Shown one piece after another: positions 53,647-64,000 of a DNA stretch of 64,000 nucleotides (the stretch's first letter is position 1; each line of letters begins with the position of its first letter). The stretch lies in NCBI GenBank assembly GCA_002633005.1, contig NMRA01000423.1:60676-124675 (forward strand). Direction: 5' to 3'. This stretch comes from Phoronis australis (Eukaryota; Animalia; Phoronida). A program made the translations under genes and the position numbers. Below the pieces are notes generated by a model. It was not told where the DNA came from and ran no database searches. It saw only the letters and a list, made by a program, of their open reading frames with translations.

Positions 53647-56600
53647 GGTACACAAACGCAATTTGTTCTTCGTGCCATACGTCCGTCGACGCACATATAC
53701 GTGTACAGATGGATTTTATGTAGTGATGGATTTAGTAAGTTTACTTACTTTGTAACAAAGAGTTACTCTCGTTACTTTTCGTAAGGTGTTTGAGTTATGA
53801 TTTCCACAACTGGTCAACGGATAAACTACATCTCTACGTACTTGTATGCATAAAGGATTGCTGCCTCATAGCAGGGTCCAGTACTCAATTTCGGAACTCT
53901 GGCAAAATTTGGAATTCACTGAATCCAGCTAGAGTGCAGACTCACTCTACATACAAGCAAGCGTACTCGATATTTATTTTTTCTCGGCTTTTATTTTTCA
54001 TAATCAAAGCAGTAATTAGGGCTCTATGGGCTATAGATAATTTTCACAGTTGCTCGTGTTAATTATGAAGCACTCTGAAACGGACACTAAATGGTGACTT
54101 ATGACATGCATTCATCGTGGTTACGTTTTGTTAATGTTGCTTCTATTATACAATTGTCAACTTGGTTTTTAGACACGGAAATGTGATAATTACGAAGGCA
54201 GATTTCTAATTCATCACGGTCCAAGTTTGGTGTTTCGACAGTACATGTATGTCAGTCACTTGTTGCGTCAGCCCGTTCCATACAGAAAATGTTACGGAGC
54301 GCCCAAACACTAAGGATAAAGGAACAGAAGATTATATTTTGTGAAAAAAAATTAAACTTGTTTTGTGTCACTCAACGGTCGCTTTTTATTGAAAAACAAC
54401 CGATAAACTGGGTGTAGGGAATGAATGCGACCGCAACTTAGAACGCTCAAAGTACAGGCACTAAAGTCCACGCAAATGGCGTGTACTGATTTTACCCTTG
54501 AAAACATAATTTCAGAAATAAAACGGGTCAACTTGTCACGCACCGCTTGTGAATAAGATGGCAACAGGTCTTAATTTTTGTGAAATTGTGCAATATCTTA
54601 TGTTCAGGAAGTTCTTTTGGGGTGTTGAAGCGACGGATGAGTTATCTGTCACCATTTACCAGTTTATTAATGATCCAGCCTTTCATAACAATAGGTCGTA
54701 TTCCAGACGGGGCCCTCTCTTTTACCGGAGGCCCTGGGCAACTGCCTCTTTGCACCCATCCCTATAAGTTTGGCACTGCGAATGGAACCAGATAACGCCA
54801 TCACTAAATGGTCGAAAGAAATACTGAATGTGTTCTCGTGATGCGTTGCAGCAATAAGATGTGCTACCCAAATAACCAACGATGTGAAATTGTAATAAAC
54901 AGCAACAACAACAAGAACAATGGCAGTGACCGTCAAAGAAATGATGAAAGTTTAAAGAATTTGAAGACCACTAATTGGGCATTACTCAAATATAAATGTA
55001 ACATTCTCGATGGTTTCATAACCGCGATCTTTCAATTGCAAGTAAAGTAGCATATGTAAGCAAATCGTGCCCTTGAAAATTGTCCACACAGTCCATACAA
55101 ATACAGTGAATTACATATTTTTAAAAAGTCTGAGAACTTAACAACCTCTAGACAATTAAGGTTGTGTAGGGCCCTAGTGACCTATTCAATTTTGGCTAAC
55201 CTCGGAAGATCATACTTCACAAAAGGTTCACAGGATTCCAGTGAAACTTTTTTAAAAGTTTAAAGACATTATGCTTTATACAATGTTCTTCAAAAGTTTT
55301 TATGATTTTAAGGAGATGACTAAAAAGTTGTATAAAACATAGATGGAATGGTAATTTAAAAAACTCGACAGCGCTTTTGAGCTTTCGTGTTGAATATTTA
55401 TTTCAATTGAATTTTGGTCACATTCATTGATTCCTACCATTTTTTGCTGTGTTACTAAATATACACGGTAACGTGACCCAATCTATCGCAGACTAGAACC
55501 AAGTCAAAATACAGGTTGTTCTTATAGTTTTGAGGATATTTGACTGAGTGCAAAGACTTTTTGGTACATGCAAGGCACCACAACTCGAAATACATACTGC
55601 GACGTGTGTCTTCAGTTTTTATATTGCACTGCCGTGTGGCGACCCAATGTTATATTGGACTGCAGTGTGACGGCTAAATGTTATATTGCGCTGCCGTGTG
55701 GTGGATCTATGTTATAGTAGCAAAGGTTCATTAGTTTCTGATGTACATGTTCATGAATGCACGAACGTCGACTGGATAATTCTCGTAAATCTGAAAAAGC
55801 CCCCTGAAATTGGTGTTTTGATCTAGGTTGATGCATTTCGGTCAATTCTGTAATGTTTGCCCCTCCCCCTCTCCGAGGACGCTGGCACCAGAAATTCGAT
55901 GCCACGTTTCAAAAAGAGATTTTATGACGTCTCCAAACTCCACCCTATTAAAAAGTGAATCTTGACCTTGGGACTCATTGTCTTCTCCGAAATATACAAA
56001 ACTATAACCAGACCTTCCGAGACCATATTCCGTCTACTCAATTACGAGGTGATGTCATTTCTCTCCGCGTTTTTATGAATTGTGCAGCCAGCGGTAAGAT
56101 TTTCTTTCATTACGTCTGTATCGCTAAGAAGTGAGTTTGGTTATAACACCATTTTGGCTCCCTAAAGTTCACAATCTCTATATGCATAGCGCGCGTAATG
56201 TGTTTAGATCTAAATGTAACACCTTTCTCGTGCAGTTGTTTTGAAAGTTTGCAAACCCAAGTTTCTGATGACGACATAACCCCTTAATATGGTATCCTAG
56301 CAACATGTTAATTGAATTAATTCAATTCTTATCTCATTTCATTTTTAATTTTCACTTTCTTTTCATGCTTACATGATTTTTTCTTCGAAAATGATTGACT
56401 GTACTAACCGATATTTTTGTTTAAAATCAAAATTGAAATGTTAGAAAATCAACTTATTTTTCGACGTTTTAATTTTTGAATTTTTAAGTTCTCCGAAAAA
56501 TTTGAAAATCGAAATAACGGATGTGGTTTCGATTTTCTAAATCTATGCATTGCACCTAAATACATATAGGAAAAAGGAAATCGAGTCGATTTTTGATCCA

Positions 56601-57411
56601 TAGATGTAAGTTGTAATTCGCACATTTTGAAGCAATTAATAATTGATTCAGTTTATTAATTTTCGTTTTGTCGGAGAAAAAAAGGAAAAATAAAAAATTG
56701 AAAATTGACTCGCTTTAAAGGAAAAATCTATGCGGTCCATTCACATGCCCTCAAGCATGTAGAAATGCATTTAACATACGAGTTGGTTCTATGTTAATCA
56801 CTGAGTACGATGGAGTCCAATGAATTCCTACAACGTGTATTTACTAGACGGTCGTCAGAGCAAAATGCTCCCATTAGACTGTAATTCCAATACGTTAGTG
56901 TGGCATAGAACGCAGTAAAACAATCAAAATTACATGATTCAAAGTATCTCTCTGCTCCTGAAACAGTAGTCAAACTATTCACCAGGTATAATTGTTTTCT
57001 GATTTGTTTGTAAAGATTATGAGCTTCGGTTGATGTCAAAGTATTTTCGTGCTCGCCATTCTGTCAATTTTCCTCCCACAAGGCAAAGCACAGCTCCTTG
57101 TTCAGCATGACGTACAGTGTAGACGTAGCACATTGCCATATACGGCAAATGTGACCTTTGACCACTGACGTAAGCAAAACACCTGAGAAGTGTTTATTGA
57201 GTAGTTCTTTGAGCGCATGCGCTTACACGTACACATATATATTATTATGGGCGTATTGAAAACTGTATAGGGATAAACCATTTTATATTTCGTATATGTT
57301 TCACTAATAGTTTTTTTCTAGAAATTCTTGCTTCATGAACACTCAAATTGAATAACTCGTACATTAGTAATCCCAAGAAGTAGATTCCCCAAGATCCGTT
57401 TAAGACATCTT

Positions 57412-57516
57412 AGACCTTATTCACAAAAATTGGCCATTTTTACCATATTTCACTCTTGTCTAGCAAAGTACCTTATGATAATTCTCGGGGAAATTTAAAT
57501 ACGAAATATATACCGT
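57412..57516 (+). repeat. Dispersed repeat, second copy at ~40450-40550
   Basis: ccttattcacaaaa(a)ttggccattttt..gtctagcaaa..taccttat..gggaaatt.aaatac.aaatatataccgt is shared between the two loci. Confidence 0.75.
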
Positions 57517-59217
57517 GTAGTGAGAACGACCTTGGCGCGCACATCCGCGTACAAATTTTTTTCACTATTTATTTATCAATCCCAAACACGCTGTTAGGAT
57601 TTCTGATATAAAGCCCCAGTTTTTGCCTAATGTAACAAAGAAAAATACAGCTTCCATTTCTCACAAAAATACCTCACGTTTTGCGAGTTGATTTGTCATA
57701 TAAACCAAACGAAAAGACTAATCGAAAATCCCTAACAGTTCTTTGAAGTAACTGGTGAAGTTTTTATTTAAAAGGTTTCATTAAAATAGATTGAGGGGTT
57801 GTTTTGTAGCTTTTTTAAAAAATGAAAATTTGATTTAAAAAGGTGTTAAAGTAATAATAATAATAATGGTAGATAAATATAAACATATTTTATATTTCCT
57901 GACCTTTTGACCACTGTAAGGGAGTTCAAGTGAAATTTAAAAAGTACAATACGAGAAAATGATAGTCACAAACATCATATCTCCGACGCTTTATTCCCCA
58001 AATATAGGAGCCACGCATAGAGCCCACACGTTCGAGATAATATTTTATCCTATACATCAGAACCATGTGTACATGTTTACTTGCAAATTAAGGTCAACTA
58101 CAGTTTCAATAGACAGAAAATCTGTGCGACGTGATAACATAGCTGCTAGCTGACGATATAATATATATACAATTAATTTGACCTTAAACAAGGATGTCAG
58201 CCTATTTAGACAAAAGTGGCCTTATGTGATAACTTTCAAATTCAGTCTCGTGTTAAAATATAAATTAATTTAATTTTAACTCCGGGAATTTTCTATCAAA
58301 CTCAGTTCTTCTTGCCAAAAGAATTCAGAAAGCGTCTCACGAATAATTGTCAAAAACATCATCTGAAATAAGAATCTGAAATCCATTCACATAGAGCAAG
58401 AGAGAACATACAACGTACGCAGACAGTTTTCAAATAGTAGTATGCAACAAAACTGGCGGTAAATTAACAAGTTGACGCGCGATATTCACAGCTATAATTA
58501 AATCTGAGTGCATACAAACATAGGTATTCCCAATGTCGCCCATCTCACTCAAACAACGCCATTCATTAGACAGGTATTTTGGGGGTTTCACATATGACGT
58601 TCTATAAAATATATGTCAATAATAGGTCTTCAACTCATCATAAGTCATGGATAATGACTATAATAAACAATTCTAACAGCAAAAGATTTTTTTACAAATA
58701 CCTATCTATGACAACAATAAATATTCACATGTATGACACTAATAAACCAACCAATTAGAGGCTGTCGTGTAGACCTACCAAGGCAATCGCGAAAAGAGAT
58801 AGATGGCATCTTTCACAGACCTGTGTGATCTCGTTTTATTCTCAGCAAACTTGGTTTATTGCACGCAGTCCTACTTTATTTGTGAGCAGGAAGTCGTCAT
58901 CGCAAACCATACTACTTTGAAGACTGGGATGGCTGATCCGAAAAACGTTTATGCTGCAAAAAACATCAAAACAAACAAAAACTGCCCTGGTCAGCGCTCC
59001 CAAAGGGTAAATCCGAGACTGGTTGTTGAGAAATATTCTCTTGATTTTTTAGTGTTTCGCTGACTCCCTTTTCTTGTTTATCCCTGGTACTATGCCAGGT
59101 GCTACGGTTTCACCTTGGTGCCTGCAAGTTATTGGGGGCATGTGCTACTACCACTGTTTCTGACGGCACTTTAACAGGCACTGCACTATCTTAACCTGTA
59201 AATGTACAACACAGGAG

Positions 59218-59443
59218 CAGAGGCAGATCTATGGAGGGCTCATGGGTTTAACCCCCCCGGGATAGGATCAAAAATATAAATTAAGAAACCGTCGCCAGGA
59301 AAACGAAATTAGCTACAAAAACTAAAAAAATCTTACACGGGAAGAGGGAACTCTCTTCCGACCTCCGCCCACTAGGCGCTACGCGCCTTAGATTCGCGCG
59401 AAACCTAGACCCCCTTTACTGAAATAGTACTGATCTTCCACTG
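59218..59443. mobile_element. hAT-type MITE (same general family as 53491)
   Basis: Termini CAGAGGCAGATC / GATCTTCCACTG. Confidence 0.55.
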
Positions 59444-62400
59444 AGTGGCGTCACAATGTGACTACTAGTACCGTCATTTGTCTTCAATCGCGAAAATATG
59501 ATCCTGTTACTTAATTTTTGACATTGATTTTCACTTCATGACGGTATTATCTGAATACATGTAGTACACAGCTGAGTACATCATCATGACTTGGGTTATC
59601 TTAAATCATGTTTTTGACTCCAAGCTTCCGCTTAAAAACAAGTCAGGTGAAACAGTTTGTTCTTATACTGGTCCTTTCCTTCGCAATCTACTGTAACGCG
59701 ACGTCCAAAACGATTCCGATTACCTCTCGTACAAGAAGAAAATAAAACCATTTAACGAGCTTAGGATTACATTTAACAAGTATTATTTTCATTTAATCTT
59801 TCTACTGTTCTGTCATTCAAGATATATCTCAGTTATAAAATAATTTATTTCTGTGAGTCTATTTTCGTTTTTATGTCATCTAGTTATATGATTTTTAACC
59901 TATGCCCATTTAAATATTTTATTATTATTTATTATTCATATTGTCTATAATTTAAGTTCTTTTTCGTCTTGTCTTGTTTTGTTAAGAATTACAGACGACG
60001 TTGAGTGACAATGTAAAATTACGCGTATAACGATAAAAATGATACTGTGCAGATATGTATAGGCAAAATCCCACTTACAGTCCGCCTCTTCGTTTTCATG
60101 GTCAACAGAGCACGAGTTTGTTCTGTCTCCTATTGATAATACTGAGGATAGTTGTTCAAACTTGGTATTTTCAGCACTTCAAACAAAAAACAAATACGAA
60201 AAATGGTAAACTGTATTCGCTATAATTAAATAAACTGTAACAAAACAAGAAAAATCCTTGATTTATAGGCCTATGTGCGCCCGGCACCAGACGCTGTTAA
60301 GATAGATTAGACTACCGTGGCAATCCCTGGTGGAGGTTTTAGTTTCCGAAAAGACATTCTCTGTCCTTCAAATTTGGAGAAAACGGCTTCCGAAACTAGA
60401 CGCACAGAACTAGACACAAAGATATAAGAAGGAGTTGCACCGGCATCAGGTAAATTTCGCTCGTATTGTTAAAACTTGATACAACGTTTTAGGGAAAGGT
60501 TTGTTACCTGAGACAGCACGACTTGCAATTGATAACACGACAGCAAGCGAGTGTAATGAAACGACTGTATGTGTGCGGTTCAAATCAGAACTGCCATCAC
60601 TCCACAAAATTTGGTGACATGTACGTAACACTAAAAATTCTCGAAGGCAATAAAATTTGTAGTAATCTTAAAGCTGAAATTATCCGCTAGCTGTCAATCT
60701 TGAGCGAAGTGCTTTGAGGTTTAAAACGTTAAAGCGCCCCCGCAATCTCGAATTATTGGAAAATAAGCTGGCATCTCAGGCAATGCGTATATGTGCATGA
60801 GCAAGTTTCGAATTCGCTAATTTAAAGCTGGCCAACTTCAATGGACTGTGAAGCGCTCTTGAGTGTTTGTTGGCCTCGTTGTTCTTATTGGAAACGTAAA
60901 TAGAATCCACACGCCGAATGGAATATTATGAAATCAATTTTGTGACAGTAATTGGCCAAATTTGATTTTCGTTTTAGCCAGCTAAACACAGCACAATGCA
61001 TCTTTAAATTCGTCTGTATCACAAATGTTATTCTAGCGCCAATGAGTCTTTGTGAAAAAACACGAATAAGACAGAACAATGCTGTCGTGAACGCTAGACC
61101 TATGAGCTCTTACTTATCCACCCTCATATTATTTTTACAGTTTTTTCAAGTCGTTTAATACACATCAACTTTAATGTGAATACATTTTTAAGACGACATT
61201 CCTTCAAGAGCAACTCCACCTGAAAGCTTTTCCCTCTCAACTTTTTATTGCTTCGTTCATGCCGAGAAGCAACACTATACTTCTTACTCTCAACATTTTT
61301 AAAGTTTTCACAAACTTGCCAAGCCTCTTGTGTAACTCACAACGCCTTATTGAAATGTGTGATCAGTTCTTTTGCGCCTGCTCTACTGCGAATGTTACAA
61401 GCATTTAGAACATCACTCACAAGTATCACCTGCTGGCGTGATTGAACGTTAATTCTAATTCTTTACAGGTGTTCGTTAAACGAACAGCTCGTACCGTCAA
61501 TAGTTTCATCGATTTGTGGCAATTCGCTGTTGACAACAAACAAACCAGCATTTAATACAAATTTGGAAAAGAAAAATCGGTTGTTTACGAAAAACAACCT
61601 ACAATAGACGCCATTAATCACTGGTATTCTTCCGGGTTCAAAGCTATAAAACGTCACTCCATTCCACATTAAGACACCCGTCAGATCAGATCAGCACGGA
61701 GAAGAATGGTTCTGTTCTGGATTTCAATCGCCTTGTCCATTCGATTCGCGGGTAAGTAGAAATGAATTGGTAATACACTCACATTCCTGTAGTCGTGTTT
61801 ACAGAAGTTGTCCTCTTGTAGTTTTAATAAAGGAACACGATTTATTACAATGCTCACTTAGTGACAATCAATATGCATCTATTTCACGGTTCTCATGTTG
61901 CTAAGAAAATTAATTCTTTAATTGTATTTACAGTAAGACGCTTAAATTTGGTGATTTATTCTTATTCGTCATAACATTGTTATTCTCTCCAGTTGACACA
62001 AGGTCCTACATTCTAACTTGCAAATTTGGATTATTTAATGTTTCGTTGCTCTTGCTGCTAATTCAAAATTCATAGAAATTCTGTTTGAGTGATGCCATAC
62101 ATGTACTTAGAGACTAAACTTGGTCATTATGTGCACATTCTGTAACTCTTCAACTAAAAAACCGTGTTATTGCGAGAATATTTGGCATTCAGTTGTGTAG
62201 TACATGTACATTACGCTTTACGCGGATGGATTTGTAGTCGAGGCTCGAACCTGATGTCCCACAGCTGCGAGGTACAAACTCAAATAGGAACTGTAGATTT
62301 CGAGTATAAACGCGAGATTTCGAGTAAACACCGAAGATTTCAAATTTGATTCGAAGTTAAAATTTTAGAGAGAGGCCATCAAATGTACATGCATCCTATG

Positions 62401-63010
62401 ATTAGACAGTTAAACGTGTAAGCCATGGTATATTTTTTCCAAACTTGTCTTGAGTTCACACAAAAGTGGAAAAGAAAAATCAAAAAACCACTTTTAACTG
62501 CGATGTCGAGTTAAAATATTAAACTACGGGCTCAGAAGCTCTAGTTTCGTCATTTAAAGTCGTTTTCGTCCAAACATTGTCCCAAGAAGACCCTGTCGTG
62601 AACTCTGGTGACTTACATGTATGTGCCCTAAACGTACACTCCAGACATGCTAACGTCCCAACTGGCTCAAAGTCGTGATCTTAACATGAGGTCACAAATT
62701 CTCGTAAATACCAATTGGCAACTATTGCAGCTGAGTCCGCTCGATAACCTCGTGAACTTACACTAAGTAACTGAAAATGCAAAGGTTCTATAATGGGACA
62801 AATGAGTTTTAATAGCGGACTTTTCATGTCGGTGCTCTCTAGAGCAATGAGAGCAAGAATGTAACTTTCTAATCTCTAGATCCCAACTTAGATTTGATGG
62901 ACATAAATTCAATTACTACATGTACATACACGTAGTGGCTCACTGATTTAAAAACAGAGCAATAAAATTCCGTCAGTCCTGCCCATTACTTGATTAGGAA
63001 AAGTTCAATA

Positions 63011-63154
63011 CATGGGCGGCGCACCATGGGGGCTGGGGGGGAGCTATAGCCCCCCACTTTGTTCAGTGCCACGCCGCACAAGGTCTATAGCCGGTGCACC
63101 ACAGGGGGCTGAGGGGGCTTTAGGCCCATTTTTTTCAGTGTTTCGCTGCCCATG
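63011..63154. mobile_element. hAT-type MITE
   Basis: Termini CATGGGCGGCG / CGCTGCCCATG; internal gggggct..agccccc hairpin. Confidence 0.6.
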
Positions 63155-63905
63155 CACCATTAGCTGTTCGACACTGCCTAATGCCGAAATAATCTTCCTT
63201 TATTAGTTGTAATTATTGGGTTCTCTGCGCGGATCCTTCTTCATTTTGCGAAATGTATAAGGAACATGGGCGCTTCGGCGAAGTTACGTAATTTTTTGCC
63301 CACCGTTCGGTGAAAAGTCAGGTTAATCAACCGGTTGGTGAATCGACTGCTTTTGAGAACGCAATGCATCTATCTTGATACAAAACGTGTAAGAACACAA
63401 GCGTCCTGTTGTCCTGTTCCACTAACAGTGATTATTTAATAAAACAGAAGAATGCATCAAGTCTGATAAATCGGGCAAGTAAAGGTTACACCCGCATCGT
63501 TGCGTGCAGCACACGTCGTTATACTAAAGTGGTTATTTCTTTAGTGAAAATTAATTAGTTCTCAAGTAAGATGGCTTCGGTAACTTTAAGCTGTAATATT
63601 CATGTCCACTTAAACACAGGTGGTTGCTTAACACATGTGCTATTGACCGATAACATTGATCAATAGTCTAGAAAAGACTGCAACCAGATGCAATTATAGG
63701 AAATATATACATGCTTCTCAAATAATCTGAAGGTGTGACAACATTGTCGGTGATGTTTTATTTAATAATAAACTTATCAGAAATTTGAGTTTGTGAACAA
63801 TATGATACCAGTTAAAATAATAAACCGTTTAAATGACAGCGCATGGAGGAGCGACACTTCGCGAAATTGACTGAAAAGACGACGATGGAGATGGTGACGG
63901 CAATA

Positions 63906-63950
<45 letters not shown>
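63906..63950 (+). repeat. (GAT)n microsatellite
   Basis: About 15 perfect ATG/GAT units with degenerate flanks. Confidence 0.97.
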
Positions 63951-64000
63951 TCGATGGTGGTGTCGATGATGAACATGATGACAACAATCATACGACGAAT

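Larger units (their letters stand above)
52048..61855 (-). pseudogene. Putative heavily decayed NACHT-WD40 (STAND NTPase) pseudogene, interrupted by MITEs
   Basis: Collinear minus-strand fragments with stops and frameshifts. NACHT-like region ~60320-61855 (ELITHFN; TNLKMHCAVFSWLKRKSNL; YKFYCLREFLV). WD40-like pieces AFCSDDRLV (~56850), SISFDHLVMALSGS (~54790), WVVSIAVS (~52470), LAKGTQDGGIAIW (52207-52245). Tail ANFLEVIG..ITDANIECL. Recognised by eye only. Confidence 0.45.

Noticed and set aside
55157-56287. Possible Kolobok-type element bounded by TTAA
   Set aside because: Terminal similarity (ggttgtgt vs ggggttatgt) is too weak to call.
60079-60176. Well-formed minus-strand exon as a possible upstream exon of the CUB-TSR gene
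   Set aside because: Splicing it to the CUB exon creates T+AA = stop, and the gene already has its own promoter and signal exon; assigned tentatively to the upstream pseudogene.
61645-61757. Apparent plus-strand TATAAAA plus signal-peptide exon MVLFWISIALSIRFA(G)|gtaagt of a divergent gene
   Set aside because: It lies wholly antisense to the long semi-open minus-strand frame of the putative NACHT pseudogene, and no downstream exon was found in the window. Probably chance, though not excluded; RNA-seq would decide.

Overview
Animal (metazoan, probably marine invertebrate) genomic DNA: AT-rich, repeat-dense, with one assembly gap (8661-9431). The main feature is a minus-strand, intron-rich gene that the ORF track largely misses. 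It can be spliced by hand: TATA/Inr promoter (~51824-51858), signal-peptide exon (51749-51800), a CUB domain split over two exons (50124-50308, 38981-39128), then six intact phase-1/phase-1 thrombospondin type-1 (TSR) exons. No terminal exon was found, so it probably runs off the left edge. Five intact TSR exons plus one truncated copy lie in a recent tandem array of ~4.4-4.5 kb units (846-26328). Comparing the units exposes unit-specific transposon insertions (HERO-type retroelement, ISL2EU-like element, HINE/Helentron-like element), deletions, and recurrent TA->TACATGTA / TA->TACTGTA micro-insertions that look like Tc1/mariner excision footprints. Upstream of the promoter, on the same strand, is what looks like a heavily decayed NACHT-WD40 (STAND) pseudogene (~52.0-61.9 kb); this call rests on motifs recognised by eye. 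The remainder is nested transposon debris: Penelope, an RTE-X-like LINE, an RNase H-bearing LINE, a Gypsy LTR with PBS, and hAT/Harbinger MITEs. No RNA genes or CRISPR arrays were seen.
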